Assembly (NCBI GenBank): GCA_041660065.1
Contig: JBAZXC010000002.1
Coordinates: 240,768-304,767, forward strand
Direction of reading: 5' to 3'
Origin: Parcubacteria group bacterium
GTDB taxonomy: Bacteria > Patescibacteriota > Minisyncoccia > Moranbacterales > GCA-2747515
DNA: 64,000 bases
A program made the position numbers and the translations under genes. Positions within the stretch are counted from its first letter, which is position 1. The number at the start of each line of letters is the position of its first letter. Shown piece after piece: positions 40,125 through 51,125 of the stretch. The notes below the pieces were generated by a model. That model saw only the letters and a program-made list of their open reading frames with translations, did no database searches and had not been told where the DNA came from.

Positions 40125-41096
40125 ATGAAGAATCTCGTCAAACACGTGCAAAACATGAATGCGCTGCATCATATGTGGGTAGATTTTGACACGATCATTT
40201 TGGGTGTATCTGGCGGTCCAGACAGTATGTGTTTATTGGATGTCATGATAAAAATTGCAAAAAAAGAACAATTGACACTAATCGTTGCACATATAAACTA
40301 TGGCCTACGTGACAATGACTCACAACGAGATCAGCAATTGGTAGAATCTGTTGCGCATGAACACGGACTGCCATGTGAAACTCTGATCGTTGATCATATG
40401 ACGCAAAGCAATGAGGAATTATGGCGAAATATCAGATACAACTATTTTGAAAAATTACGTATTAAATATAGCGCGCAATGCATTATGGTAGCGCATAATA
40501 AAAATGATCAGGCAGAGACATTTCTTCTCCATCTATTGCGCGGTAGTGGCTTGGGAGGGTTGGTGGGCATGAGATTTGTCTCACCAAACTATGTGATACG
40601 ACCACTTCTCTCTGTATCGCGCGACATAATCATTACATATTGCAAAAAAAACAATGTGATGTACAACATAGATCATACAAACAGTAATCCCACATTTGCA
40701 CGAAATCGCATTCGTACACGACTGATTCCCTATTTGCAAAAGAACTATAATCCCCAAATCGTTTCCGTGTTGGCACGTACAGCAGAAATGATCGCTGAAG
40801 ATATAAAAGCATTGGATACACTCGTTACTGTTTTTTGGAAGACAAACCAAGAAAAAAACACGATTAGATTTGAAACCAAAGACTTCACCCATATTAACAC
40901 AGCCTTACAAAGACATTGTTTGATGTTAATGATCAGATCATTATGTGGTACTACAAAAAATATCGAAAAAGGTTTGATCGATGAATTGCGTAAATTGATT
41001 TTGAGCACAAAAAACAAAAATCAGACCTTTTCTGGAAAAGACTTGAAAATGCATCGAAAAGGTGATACAGTGATATTTACTTGTTGTAAGTCGTGA
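40125..41096 (+). CDS. tilS: tRNA(Ile)-lysidine synthetase
   Basis: PP-loop ILGVSGGPDSMCLL. Typical position upstream of ftsH. Confidence 0.9.
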   Translation: MKNLVKHVQNMNALHHMWVDFDTIILGVSGGPDSMCLLDVMIKIAKKEQLTLIVAHINYGLRDNDSQRDQQLVESVAHEHGLPCETLIVDHMTQSNEELWRNIRYNYFEKLRIKYSAQCIMVAHNKNDQAETFLLHLLRGSGLGGLVGMRFVSPNYVIRPLLSVSRDIIITYCKKNNVMYNIDHTNSNPTFARNRIRTRLIPYLQKNYNPQIVSVLARTAEMIAEDIKALDTLVTVFWKTNQEKNTIRFETKDFTHINTALQRHCLMLMIRSLCGTTKNIEKGLIDELRKLILSTKNKNQTFSGKDLKMHRKGDTVIFTCCKS

Positions 41097-41144
41097 TTTT
41101 ATATTCGAGACAAACACAGGATATCATCATTTAAACTAAATTCA

Positions 41145-43007
41145 ATGGAAAAAATATTCAAAAATTCTTCTCTGATCATTATTATTTTACTCATAATACT
41201 CATGTTTTTTGCCCTTTCAACCGGCAAAAAAGAGTCCATCGAAAAGATTGCAATTACACAACTGTCTCAACAGATCAACGAAGATAAAGTTAAGACAATT
41301 ACAGTAAAATCCGATGGCAATATACGCATCGAATTACGTGACGGCACAAAACAAGAGACAAACAAAGAGCCGGATGCGAGCCTCACGGAAACCTTGCGCA
41401 ATTTTGGTGTTGATGAAACCAGACTCTCTTCCGTACCAATCACTGTGGAGGTACGGTCCGGTGCGTCTTTTTGGGCAACAATTCTCATTCCATCAGTGTT
41501 GCCAATTCTTATTATCGGCGGATTGATCTTCTTTATGATGCGACAGGCAATGCGTGGCAACAACCAAGCAATGATGTTTGGCACATCTCGTGCCCGCATG
41601 ATCGATCCCAAAGATAAAAAAAATCGCACACAATTCAAAGATGTTGCCGGCAATAAAGAGGCAAAAGATGAATTGATCGAAATCGTTGATTTTTTAAAAG
41701 AACCCAAAAAATTTCGTGCTCTTGGCGCAAAAATTCCCAAAGGCGTTCTCCTTCTCGGTCGTCCCGGCACAGGAAAAACACTCCTCGCCCGCGCTGTAGC
41801 AGGTGAAGCAGGTGTTCCTTTCTTTTCAATCAGTGGATCGGAATTTGTAGAAATGTTTGTTGGTGTTGGCGCATCACGCGTACGTGACTTATTCAAACAA
41901 GCAAAAAAACAATCCCCTTCCATCGTTTTCATTGATGAAATTGATGCTGTAGGGAGACAGCGTGGTACAGGTCTCGGTGGCGGACATGACGAACGCGAAC
42001 AAACACTCAATCAGATCCTTGTAGAGATGGACGGTTTTGATAATCAGACCAATGTGATCGTCGTTGCCGCAACGAACCGACCGGATGTACTGGATCCAGC
42101 ACTGCTCAGACCGGGACGTTTTGACCGTCGTGTAACAGTTGAACTCCCCGACATCATTGATCGTAAAGCGATCCTCGCTATTCATGCGAAGGACAAAAAA
42201 ACAAACCCCGATGTAGACTTGGAGCGCATTGCGCAACGCACTCCAGGGTTTTCCGGTGCAGACTTGATGAATTTGATGAATGAGGGTGCCCTTCTTGCAG
42301 GACGTCGTAATAAGAAAAGTGTTGAGATGATCGACATCGTTGATTCAATTGAAAAAGTCCTCCTCGGTCCCGCACATAAAAATAACCGCATGGATGAGAA
42401 GGAAAAAGAAATCGTTGCCTATCATGAAGCCGGTCATGCTTTGGTCGGCGCAAGTCTAGAAAACACCGACCCTGTACACAAAGTATCAATTATTTCTCGC
42501 GGTAGCGCTGGTGGATATACACTTTCCGTACCGGACAGAGATAAGAGCTTGCATTCACGCGCATATTTCATGGACGAATTATCTGTTTTTCTCGGTGGCT
42601 ATGTTGCGGAGGAATTAGTATTTAAAGATGTAACAACAGGACCATCTAACGATCTCAAGCGCGCAACAAAAATGGCACGCAGCATTGTCACGCAATTTGG
42701 CATGAGCGAATTGGGCGTGCGCACATTTGGAAAGAACGAGGATCTTATCTTCTTGGGGCGTGAGGTAACGGAAGAGCGAGATTACTCCGATAAAACTGCA
42801 GAAACAATTGACATTGTCGTAGCAAAAATTCTCGCAAAAGCAAAAGCGACAGCTGAAAAAATTCTCATCGACAAACGTGATATATTAGACATCATTGCAA
42901 AACGCCTCTTGGAGAGAGAGACGATCGAAAAAGAAGAATTTGAAGCAATTATTGCAGGGAAAAAACCATCAGAAGATCTACCTAAAGAACATATTCAAAC
43001 GGTGTAG
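41145..43007 (+). CDS. ftsH: ATP-dependent zinc metalloprotease FtsH
   Basis: Two N-terminal TMs. AAA+ Walker A GPPGTGKT. SRH. HEXXH (HEAGHA). Confidence 0.97.
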   Translation: MEKIFKNSSLIIIILLIILMFFALSTGKKESIEKIAITQLSQQINEDKVKTITVKSDGNIRIELRDGTKQETNKEPDASLTETLRNFGVDETRLSSVPITVEVRSGASFWATILIPSVLPILIIGGLIFFMMRQAMRGNNQAMMFGTSRARMIDPKDKKNRTQFKDVAGNKEAKDELIEIVDFLKEPKKFRALGAKIPKGVLLLGRPGTGKTLLARAVAGEAGVPFFSISGSEFVEMFVGVGASRVRDLFKQAKKQSPSIVFIDEIDAVGRQRGTGLGGGHDEREQTLNQILVEMDGFDNQTNVIVVAATNRPDVLDPALLRPGRFDRRVTVELPDIIDRKAILAIHAKDKKTNPDVDLERIAQRTPGFSGADLMNLMNEGALLAGRRNKKSVEMIDIVDSIEKVLLGPAHKNNRMDEKEKEIVAYHEAGHALVGASLENTDPVHKVSIISRGSAGGYTLSVPDRDKSLHSRAYFMDELSVFLGGYVAEELVFKDVTTGPSNDLKRATKMARSIVTQFGMSELGVRTFGKNEDLIFLGREVTEERDYSDKTAETIDIVVAKILAKAKATAEKILIDKRDILDIIAKRLLERETIEKEEFEAIIAGKKPSEDLPKEHIQTV

Positions 43008-43033
43008 CTATTTGATGTGTGCATGAAGACACA

Positions 43034-43107
43034 CATCAATAAAGGACGGCTAGCTCAGCTGGTTAGAGCGTCTGCTCGACATGCAGAAGGTCACAAGTTC
43101 GAATCTT
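43034..43107 (+). tRNA. tRNA-Val (GAC), with unusual C33
   Basis: GGACGGC..GCTCAGCTGGTTAGAGC..TCTGC-TCGACAT-GCAGA..TTCGAAT..GCCGTCC-A. Confidence 0.65.
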
Positions 43108-43111
43108 GTGC

Positions 43112-43141
43112 CGTCCACAAATAAAACTCCGCATCATTGCG
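43112..43141 (+). terminator. Rho-independent terminator after the tRNA
   Basis: CTCCGCA-tcat-TGCGGAG followed by TTTTTTG. Confidence 0.8.
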
Positions 43142-43200
43142 GAGTTTTTTGATTCACATTTATTGCAAATGCTCTACTTGTAAAAAGTTCTTGATAAAGA

Positions 43201-44160
43201 TCAATATTTTTGATTCTTTGCTTTCATGAGATCGTCATAATTGTCATATTCCGGACCTGCACTACTAGAAGCATTTCCATATTCATCATCGTATTGATTT
43301 TGAAATGCATCATTATTCTTGTCCATAGAATCTTGTGCCTCAGACAATCCGTTATTTATCACATTTGTGATAAGCTCTACTGCAAATGACTGGATCAACT
43401 CAGAAAAAACATTGCTATCCCCATTGGCCAACGCGTCAAGAGGAAGTGTGACTTGTTGTTTTTGAATTTCTTCCACAACAGAGTTTGGTAACTCCACATC
43501 ACCATTATCATCATATTGTGGCAATGTTCCCGGGCTTGTTGCCGTAAGCTTTGCTACATCTTGTTCTTGCTGATATTTTGCTACCATTGCCTTATCCATC
43601 TCTTGCTTTAACCCTATAGGCGTGTTGACAGGATTAGCCATAATCGCATCAAAACAGAGGTAATTACCATCTGCAAATAATTCACTGGTACTACTGCAAT
43701 ACTCATCATAATCAGCTTTCATTTCATTTTTTCCATTCCAATCATCCAAAACACTGTCACCAGCATCTTGCAAGGAAGATCCCAGATCACCTCCGTCGCT
43801 GGAAGACGTATAATCACTTGAACCTCCTTTGCCACCTGTTGTCGATGTAAGCCAATCCTCTCCGTATGCCACCGTTTTGTCCTGTGGTCCCTGCACTAAA
43901 AAATCATCAAAATTTTTAATATTGCGCGGAGAAGAGTCTCCTCCATACAGCGAACTTTCGATGCTCGATGTTGCTTGTTCAATTGCGGCCATCTTTGCCG
44001 CTGCAGCAATCGCCTTTTGAATCTCATCATAAATTTCTTCTAGCATTTCTTTCATGCCGGCCGCTCCAAAGTTGGATCCCCACATATCCGCACGCGCATA
44101 TGAAAATGGCATCATGGTCATGAGAAGCATTAGACTTAATACACAAATCTTTTTGTACAT
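43201..44160 (-). CDS. Hypothetical secreted acidic protein
   Basis: Signal peptide MYKKICVLSLMLLMTMMPFSYARA. Gly/Ser/Asp-rich low-complexity regions. Confidence 0.5.
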   Translation of the reverse strand: MYKKICVLSLMLLMTMMPFSYARADMWGSNFGAAGMKEMLEEIYDEIQKAIAAAAKMAAIEQATSSIESSLYGGDSSPRNIKNFDDFLVQGPQDKTVAYGEDWLTSTTGGKGGSSDYTSSSDGGDLGSSLQDAGDSVLDDWNGKNEMKADYDEYCSSTSELFADGNYLCFDAIMANPVNTPIGLKQEMDKAMVAKYQQEQDVAKLTATSPGTLPQYDDNGDVELPNSVVEEIQKQQVTLPLDALANGDSNVFSELIQSFAVELITNVINNGLSEAQDSMDKNNDAFQNQYDDEYGNASSSAGPEYDNYDDLMKAKNQKY

Positions 44161-44167
44161 ATTTGTT

Positions 44168-45142
44168 TTATAGTTTTAAAAATGTGTCTTCGATACCATA
44201 CTTCTGCAACTTTTCCGTAACTTTTGTCTGAAAATCCGACGATTTTTCTATAAGTCCCTGCGCTTGCGCAAGTGTAGCGATCATCGGCGTGATGTCTGTG
44301 GAAGATTTTTTATAACTACCGTCTTGATAAAGAGTTTCCATGTACCGCAAAAGATATATGCCCTGTGTATGAATCTCAAGCATTTCTTCCGGAACCTCTA
44401 CTTCATTCATTTGTTTTTCTGCAGCAATGGCATTTTCTGCCATTGATTCAAAAAATGCATAACTCGTCAGCGATCCGGAAAAATTATTCATATTTTTCAT
44501 CACCTCCGCTTGAAATGTTTCCGGTGATCGATCAAAAAATCCATTTGGAAAATTGGAAATGAAGACATACGACACCGCCGTGAAGTATTCAATCGCATCT
44601 TGCTTCATTTGTTCTTCCTTTTCTCGTTTGGAAAGATCGTCGTAATCCTGATTTTTAACTGTAAACTCACTGATGTCAATCGGTGGCACATCAGTAAAAA
44701 CCACCTCTTCATTAACTGCATTTGCCATGACCTTTGAAAAATCCTCTGACGTTATTTCCTTATCCCCGGACTCCTGCGCATCAGCAAGATATGAAACGAC
44801 ATTTTCTGCAACCTTTTGCGTTACATTGTTTGTTTGAGATTGTGTTGCCACAATTTGTTTGGGTGCATCAGCTTGCACAATACGATCACCCGGCGCGGGC
44901 ACAAGCGGATTATAACCACTCTCAATCTCCACTCCGTCAGAATATCCGTCATGATCCGTATCAGAGTTTGTTGGATCAGTACCATAAGAACTTTCTTCTC
45001 CATTACTCACCCCGTCGCGATCAAAATCATCAAACAGAGTCAGGTTTGTATCATCGGCAAAACTAAAAAACGAAAACGCTCCCAGCAATAGAACAACGAA
45101 TACTACAAGAGTGAGCCCATTATAAGAATATTTACCTTTCAC
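44168..45142 (-). CDS. Hypothetical exported protein with thrombospondin-type-3-like Ca-binding repeat
   Basis: N-terminal TM/signal (LTLVVFVVLLLGAFSFFSFA). DTDHDGYSDGVEIESGYNP DxDxDG motif. Confidence 0.5.
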   Translation of the reverse strand: MKGKYSYNGLTLVVFVVLLLGAFSFFSFADDTNLTLFDDFDRDGVSNGEESSYGTDPTNSDTDHDGYSDGVEIESGYNPLVPAPGDRIVQADAPKQIVATQSQTNNVTQKVAENVVSYLADAQESGDKEITSEDFSKVMANAVNEEVVFTDVPPIDISEFTVKNQDYDDLSKREKEEQMKQDAIEYFTAVSYVFISNFPNGFFDRSPETFQAEVMKNMNNFSGSLTSYAFFESMAENAIAAEKQMNEVEVPEEMLEIHTQGIYLLRYMETLYQDGSYKKSSTDITPMIATLAQAQGLIEKSSDFQTKVTEKLQKYGIEDTFLKL

Positions 45143-45436
45143 AATATTTCTTTTAATTTTATATCACAATTATACCACACTTTTTTTTCTTAGAAAACCA
45201 ACTAAAATTCTTTCTTTTATAAATTTGTATTCATATCACAAGGATTTTTTCAAAATCATTCGTTTTTTTATAAAACCCGCGAAAAAGATTGATTTAATCT
45301 TATTTTTGTGCTATAATTTAGACGTAAGGGTGAGCAATTGATCTCCAACGATCAGATGCTCATTTTTTGTTTTATCGTTTCAATGAAAACACGCTATTTT
45401 ATCATAAAAGATACTTTCAAAAAGCATTTGCACAAA

Positions 45437-46594
45437 ATGACATATTTTAATCGACGTAAAATTGCATTTATTGGACTTCTCTTCATTCCGATTACATCCG
45501 CGAGTACTAGCTTGAATATGTATATTGATAATACAAAACATATCACACAAAAACCAACAGTCATCAACGATACAATTATCAACCTTGATGAGCACATCCA
45601 CGTTTCTTTTGCAGAAACGATCATTGATCCGACTATTTACGAACGATCCGTCTCTGTAACACCATCGGAAAAACTCATATATCTGTGGAAAGATGACCAT
45701 CGCTCTGTTGATATAATTCCACAATCATTATGGGATCCAGACACATCATATTCCCTTGCATTTTCATCTGATAATTATCGTTCCTCAAATGGTTTGTCAT
45801 ATATTTTTTCTTTTAAAACTGCACAATACCCACAAATTATCGCGGAAAAAATACCCTCCTCTGATCGCTATGTTCCACAAGGAGAAGAGATCATTTTAAC
45901 TTTTGATCGTTCACTTCAAAATATTGATTTACAGGCTGTTGTGCGTCCCTTTATACAAACAGAACAGTTTATCGACAAAGAAAATAATGAACTTCATATA
46001 CGCATCACGGGAGAACCTGATGGATCACTCAGTGAACACAATCTCACACTTTTTGCCAAATATTCCACGGATGATTCGATGCGTTTTTTTCCTATTGATT
46101 CTATACAATTCAATGCGATATTACCCACGCCAAATGTCTGGCCAAAAGCTTTTGCTGAGCGACTTGATATTGCCCGTCGGTCAACAATGCCCCTCATAAA
46201 AGAAAGCAAGTACATTGACGTTAATCTCGATGCCCAAGTTACAACATTGTTTGACCATGGTGCTTTTGTCACAAATTTTGTAAATTCCCCCGGCGCAAAA
46301 GACACACCCACACCAAAAGGCACATACAAGATCTATAATAAAGATCCTTACGCTTTATCGAGCATGTTCCAGGTTTACCTTCCTTTTTGGATGGCATTTA
46401 CAGAAGATGGGGAATATGGTTTTCATGACCTCATCGTATGGCCGGAGGGTCATGCAGATATGCCACAGGGCGGCAAAGAAAGCATTGCGAGCATTGGCAA
46501 TGCCGTTTCCCCCGGCTGCGTACGTCACGATGCCAAAAACTCCAAATATATCTACAATTGGGCAGAAATTGGAACGCCTGTAGTTATCCATTAA
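45437..46594 (+). CDS. L,D-transpeptidase (YkuD domain) with N-terminal anchor and Ig-like region
   Basis: C-terminal catalytic motif ...HDLIVWPEGH...SPGCVRH. Start set at MTYFNRRK before the signal/anchor IAFIGLLFIPITSAS. Confidence 0.8.
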   Translation: MTYFNRRKIAFIGLLFIPITSASTSLNMYIDNTKHITQKPTVINDTIINLDEHIHVSFAETIIDPTIYERSVSVTPSEKLIYLWKDDHRSVDIIPQSLWDPDTSYSLAFSSDNYRSSNGLSYIFSFKTAQYPQIIAEKIPSSDRYVPQGEEIILTFDRSLQNIDLQAVVRPFIQTEQFIDKENNELHIRITGEPDGSLSEHNLTLFAKYSTDDSMRFFPIDSIQFNAILPTPNVWPKAFAERLDIARRSTMPLIKESKYIDVNLDAQVTTLFDHGAFVTNFVNSPGAKDTPTPKGTYKIYNKDPYALSSMFQVYLPFWMAFTEDGEYGFHDLIVWPEGHADMPQGGKESIASIGNAVSPGCVRHDAKNSKYIYNWAEIGTPVVIH

Positions 46595-46637
46595 AAACAT
46601 CAAAAAACACTTCTCGGCATGAGAAGTGTTTTTGATT

Positions 46638-47558
46638 TTATGCGATTGATGCAAATGTTTCTTTTAACACTTCCGCCGTATGTTGCAAGTTTTTTTGCTC
46701 CTCTTCATTTAATTCTATACATAAGCGTCCTTCTATGCCATTACAACCCACAACTGCCGGCATACTGAGACACACATCATCAATACCATACGCACCTTCT
46801 ATTGCATGTGATACGGGAAGAACAGACTTTTTATCATGTACGATCGTTTGAACGAGGTGTGCACAACCAGCGCCAATTGCATAATATGTTGATTGTTTCC
46901 CCGCAATGATCGTATATGCCGCATTTTTTGCCTCTTCAAAAATTTTTGTTTTATCATCATCATTGAGACGATTGCAAGTCCCCAGTTTCATGTTGCCAAT
47001 CGATGCCATACTCCAAACAGGAAACTCGCTGTCTCCATGCTCGCCAAGAATATATGCATGAATACTTTTTGGATCGATATCCATCTTTAAGCCGATAAGC
47101 TCGCGAAAACGTGCCGAATCAAGGAGTGTTCCTGTGCCCATGATTCGATCCTTTTTATCGGGAAAGAGTGATATCGCCAGCTTCGTAAGCACATCCACAG
47201 GATTTGTGACCATGACAAGGATTGTGTTGGGATTTTTTTCAAATACTTGTGGCACAATACCTTTGATAATTGCCGCGTTTTTTTGCACGAGATCAAGACG
47301 CGTCTCACCGGGCTTCTGTGCCGCGCCACATGTGATCACCACCACATCACTATCAGCACAATCATCATATGTGCCCACCTTCACATCCGTGCGCCCCACA
47401 AACGGCACAGAATGTTGCAGATCCATCACCTGCGCCTTCACAAGCTCTTCGTTGAGATCCATCAACGCAATTTCTTCCACAATATCCTGTAATACCAAAC
47501 TATACGCCACAGTGGACCCCACCATCCCCGCCCCAATGATCGTCACTTTGTTTTTCAT
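46638..47558 (-). CDS. ldh: L-lactate dehydrogenase
   Basis: VTIIGAGMVGS Rossmann. GAAQKPGETRLDL (Gln, LDH-type specificity). ILGEHGDS. Confidence 0.85.
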   Translation of the reverse strand: MKNKVTIIGAGMVGSTVAYSLVLQDIVEEIALMDLNEELVKAQVMDLQHSVPFVGRTDVKVGTYDDCADSDVVVITCGAAQKPGETRLDLVQKNAAIIKGIVPQVFEKNPNTILVMVTNPVDVLTKLAISLFPDKKDRIMGTGTLLDSARFRELIGLKMDIDPKSIHAYILGEHGDSEFPVWSMASIGNMKLGTCNRLNDDDKTKIFEEAKNAAYTIIAGKQSTYYAIGAGCAHLVQTIVHDKKSVLPVSHAIEGAYGIDDVCLSMPAVVGCNGIEGRLCIELNEEEQKNLQHTAEVLKETFASIA

Positions 47559-47657
47559 ATGTTTTTTATATGTAAATTATTTTTTAATTATACCACATTT
47601 TCCAATTCACTTTATAAAATTAAAAGCAGTAATGTTTCTTACTGCTTTCGATTTTTT

Positions 47658-47819
47658 TCATATTTCCTCCTTTTTCCAGGATTTGTCCTGACGATTATAA
47701 GCTCTTTTACCTTGTGGTGTTCCGTGTGCACCACCACGATGACGCAGGGTTTCCACCGTTTCCGCGTGCAGTTTTACCGGCACACGCTCCAAAACAAACA
47801 CAAGCTTCTTTCTTTTCAT
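47658..47819 (-). CDS. Small basic protein (53 aa), hypothetical
   Basis: MKRKKLVFVLERVPVKLHAETVETLRHRGGAHGTPQGKRAYNRQDKSWKKEEI. Below the ORF-track size cutoff. Followed on the minus strand by a perfect terminator AAGCAGTAA-gaaacat-TACTGCTT then T-rich sequence (47622..47650). Confidence 0.4.
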   Translation of the reverse strand: MKRKKLVFVLERVPVKLHAETVETLRHRGGAHGTPQGKRAYNRQDKSWKKEEI

Positions 47820-47974
47820 TTCCTTTCTCCTTTTTTAGTTAGGATAAACAACATTTTCTTGTAAAATTTTTGTCTCACATTTTGAGTCACCTTTTTCATT
47901 GTCAAATGATATTGTGGATCATCATATGGTCGGGGTATATACATTATTTTCATAATTTTACATTAATATTCCCT

Positions 47975-48050
47975 CTAAGAAACCTCTTGCCAATAAAGTT
48001 TTTTAGAGAGAAGGGATCGCTGTAAATATACAACGATCCCCCTATAGAAC
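47975..48050. repeat. Nested hairpin repeat of the CCCTCTA...TAGAGAG family with inner GGGATCG...CGATCCC stem
   Basis: CCCTCTAAGAAACCTC...TTTTTTAGAGAGAAGG outer arms. Inner stem GGGATCGCTGTAAATATACAACGATCCCC. Confidence 0.5.
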
Positions 48051-48057
48051 ATCCAAC

Positions 48058-48348
48058 CTAACTAGCTGGTAAAAACTCCATATTATTGAACTCATCCATA
48101 TTTTTAAAACGAATAAAATATGGATGAAAGTGCCTCGGCATTCTCCGCGGTCCGGCAGGTTGCTGTGCAAAGATAAAATCCTTGCGCTCAGCGACCCTGC
48201 GAATATCGACAAGATAATAGACATTCTCGCGAATTTCATCTGCAGGTACAGATCCTTCTGTTGCTGCAGGAATCACGTGAACGACTTTTCCGTTCACATA
48301 AACCGTCACAACTTTTAGGATCAAATTTACTATCGTAATTTTTTCCAT
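48058..48348 (-). CDS. Hypothetical protein
   Basis: 96-aa ORF. No motif recognised. Confidence 0.35.
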   Translation of the reverse strand: MEKITIVNLILKVVTVYVNGKVVHVIPAATEGSVPADEIRENVYYLVDIRRVAERKDFIFAQQPAGPRRMPRHFHPYFIRFKNMDEFNNMEFLPAS

Positions 48349-48397
48349 GACGTTCTCCTGTGTTGTATTATTGAACTTAACTGCGTGATATTTTCCC

Positions 48398-48475
48398 TCT
48401 ACAATATTTCTTTTTTTGTCATTCCGGACTTGATCCGGAATCTTAAAAAAATATTGTAGAGAGAGATGAGAAGGT
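48398..48475. repeat. Nested hairpin element: outer CCCTCTACAATATTT/AAATATTGTAGAGAGAG arms enclosing GTCATTCCGGAC-ttga-TCCGGAATC
   Basis: Same architecture as 51605..51685, which has outer CCCTCTAAAATATTT/AAATATTTTAGAGAGAGG arms and an inner stem carrying compensatory changes. Confidence 0.65.
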
Positions 48476-48695
48476 ATAGATTTCTACACCTTCTCATCAG
48501 CCACATTCTTTCCCTGTGGCACGGGGACATTGTTCTTCCGGGCTGCAGCACGAATCGCACTGCCCAGAGAAACAGTTAACGGTTTACTCGGCCGGCACGT
48601 ACGCTGGCGGAGCTCCTTTGCCGGGATAAAGCCAACTATTTTTGCCATTAACCGACCTCCTTTGGTTAAATTTCACACGCACATTATGTAGCGTG

Positions 48696-48783
48696 TGTAC
48701 TACATTCATCAGCTTTTTTTACGTGGGCTTCCTCCACAGTATACGTCCGTTAATTTTCAAAGCCGGACGGAGGATTTCTCTCC
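48696..48783. repeat. ~85-bp structured repeat, copy 1 of 3 (also 51536..51615 and 52768..52850)
   Basis: TCATCAGCTTTTTTTACGTGGGCTTCCTCCAC...[CGTCCG-loop-CGGACG]...GAGGATTTCTC. Copy 2 has GGTCGG/CCGACC in place of the inner stem, a compensatory double change. Confidence 0.7.
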
Positions 48784-48978
48784 TCAGTCGGGGTTGCATC
48801 TGGGACATGAAACATCATCCCAGAGACTAAACAGACGTCCGCATTCCGCGCAGAGCCTGTCCCCCTCATGCACATATGCCAAGTGATCAACCCACATCTG
48901 CGGGTTATCACTTTTCTTGGCACGAGACAATCGCTGTCGGCGACGTCTCTCCTGAGATTCTATTTTTTTATCTCTCAT
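48784..48978 (-). CDS. Small zinc-ribbon protein, hypothetical
   Basis: 64 aa, Arg-rich N-terminus, CAECG...CPRC. Overlaps the upstream ORF by 11 nt. Repeat copy 1 begins immediately after the stop. Confidence 0.4.
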   Translation of the reverse strand: MRDKKIESQERRRRQRLSRAKKSDNPQMWVDHLAYVHEGDRLCAECGRLFSLWDDVSCPRCNPD

Positions 48979-49309
48979 GATCCACCTCCTCAGGTGTTGA
49001 GATAGAACCGGGGTGAAAAGTGCCGCGTTTCCCTTTCACGGAAACATGCCCATCCATCGTTATCGAACCAACGATTGATGGCGTCTTTTCACCTCTCACA
49101 TAACAGATGCTTCCAGGAGCAATTCCTCTCGCCTTAATCTCAGCGAGACGATTATCGATCACCTGCTGATGAATGATTTTCCCGATTTGTCGGTACAACG
49201 AAAATCGTACCGCGATCGGTATGGCATCAGGATTGAGATGGGGATAATGACTTATTACCACCTTCCGATACCACTCATTTTTCATGACAAAAGTTTTTCC
49301 CATGATCAC
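48968..49309 (-). CDS. Hypothetical protein
   Basis: 113-aa ORF forming an overlapping pair with the zinc-ribbon ORF. Confidence 0.4.
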   Translation of the reverse strand: MIMGKTFVMKNEWYRKVVISHYPHLNPDAIPIAVRFSLYRQIGKIIHQQVIDNRLAEIKARGIAPGSICYVRGEKTPSIVGSITMDGHVSVKGKRGTFHPGSISTPEEVDHER

Positions 49310-49852
49310 TCCTCCGTATTTGATTTTTTTGGTTTTTTCCCTCTAACATTCCACAAATCCAAATTTATGAAATTTTAGAGAAAGGAGATGGTTTTCATTA
49401 AAAACCATCTCCACGTCGTGCATTTGCTCGGGGACGATGATGTGTCGTTTTTCCCTCCGCTTGAATATCTTCTTCTTGAAGATTTTTTTCCTACGAGGCG
49501 CACATACCCCGCGATCCTTCCCATTGTTTTGGGATTGCGAGTGGAAGCTCGCTACTTCAGAAGGCCGGATTAGCCATATTGCTTCTTTGGGTTATGAGGA
49601 GAGTGCTCTCATAATTTACCCCAAAGCCTTACACCGGAGGAACATCATCGCCCCCGTTTCCCTTTTTCAACTGCATCCGGCCAAGATGTCAGTGAAGTGA
49701 GCTTCCAACTCACGATACCGGCATCTCAGGGATGTGATGCCACTCTCTCTGTCATTTCACAAAAATTATGCGCAATGACAGAGAGAGATGAATTGATCTT
49801 TAGCTCGAATTTCTTTTCATATGCCACCCATGGTTGTTTTTGCAAGAGAATT

Positions 49853-49898
49853 ATTTCCCTCTAATATATTACGAATTATCATGAGATATTAGAGGGGA
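49853..49898. repeat. Hairpin repeat of the CCCTCTAATAT...ATATTAGAGGG family
   Basis: TTCCCTCTAATATATTACGAATTATCATGAGATATTAGAGGGGAA. Confidence 0.55.
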
Positions 49899-49914
49899 AT
49901 AATTATTTTTTGAA

Positions 49915-50484
49915 TCAAGTGTGACAATCGATAAATAATATGAAACAATCAAGAGGATATGATTTCAATATTTTTTGAAACCTTTTTTTCCATATCTCAA
50001 ATTCTTTTTCGTTACTTTCACCCACGCGTATAAAATATTGGTCACTTGTAATCATTTTACAATCTGGAGTAAAAATAGCATGTTCAACAAATTCTTCATT
50101 CTTGAGCACATCTTCAATCATACAAACATCATAAACATTCCAATAATCAAACATTCCATGAGGATTTTTATCACGCATAACATAATATCTGCCATTTTCA
50201 ATGCCACTGGATAGATCACAATTCCAATTCTTTATTTTTTCCAAAATTGATTTTTTATTGTTTATATCCGTACTCCCATTCTTCAATATTCTGTCAACCT
50301 CATCCTGAGCATAATAAACCTTATATGGCTTCACCTTTTTGTCTATATCATAATGATTAAGAGGTTTAAAAAGCTTTCCTGTAAAATAATTCATAAAATT
50401 ATACTTGTCATTTTCTATTTTATTTTTTACATCCTCTCTGAGACTAAATTCAAATGGTATTACGGCAACAATTGTATAATGCAT
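49915..50484 (-). CDS. Hypothetical AT-rich protein (foreign-looking)
   Basis: 189 aa. Very low GC relative to its neighbours. No recognised motif. Confidence 0.45.
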   Translation of the reverse strand: MHYTIVAVIPFEFSLREDVKNKIENDKYNFMNYFTGKLFKPLNHYDIDKKVKPYKVYYAQDEVDRILKNGSTDINNKKSILEKIKNWNCDLSSGIENGRYYVMRDKNPHGMFDYWNVYDVCMIEDVLKNEEFVEHAIFTPDCKMITSDQYFIRVGESNEKEFEIWKKRFQKILKSYPLDCFILFIDCHT

Positions 50485-51125
50485 ATTTTTGTCAAAATCT
50501 ATAAACGTAATTACACTATTATTCCTCTAATATCTTACAAAAATATTTTATAAAATATGAGAGAAAAGCGAAGTTTTCTCGTTGAAATAATGATCCTATT
50601 TTATCCAATCCATAGAAACAAAGATTGGACAAAAAAAATAGCGCGTTTCGTGTCACACCTGGCAGCAAATGGTCAGACACGATTGGTGTTTGGAAGAATC
50701 AATATTCTTCCGCGAGGAGAAGTGACTGCCAGATCACACTACCTCTTACACTACAACTTGCACGAGAGTCATTAGATACTCTGCGATTGCTTGTTGCTTT
50801 TGCTTGATTTTGGTATTCTTTTACCAAAATGTTCGCAAGGGATCTCCGTATGTGGAGCGCTACCTCCCACCGACCCCCGGTATTAGCATCATTCATATAT
50901 CGAAAGATACTAATATCGAATGTCGACAGAATATAAATTATTAATGTGTGTATATTTTTCCTCAAATAATTTCAAATAATATTTTAGAAATTAGAGAAAA
51001 GCGAAGTTTTCTCGTTGAAATTTTACAGGATGTGTTGATCCCAACCTTGTTTTTTGCCCGGAATTGTGACAAGGATGTTCCCGTTTGTTTTTCATCGGCT
51101 TGGCGGGAGTCCGATTACGCTTGCG

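Noticed and set aside
48696-48783. Possible hammerhead ribozyme in the ~85-bp repeat. The minus strand contains CUGAUGA and GAAA, conserved in all three copies.
   Set aside because: The order and spacing of CUGAUGA, stem II, GAAA and stem III cannot be threaded onto any hammerhead permutation. Sequence 3' of CUGAUGA is not conserved among copies, and 10 nt separate the putative stem I from CUGAUGA. Treated as a structured repeat of unknown function.
48695-48886. 63-aa ORF covering repeat copy 1
   Set aside because: The reading frame is not preserved in repeat copies 2 and 3, which carry compensatory rather than synonymous changes. The repeat is more likely non-coding.
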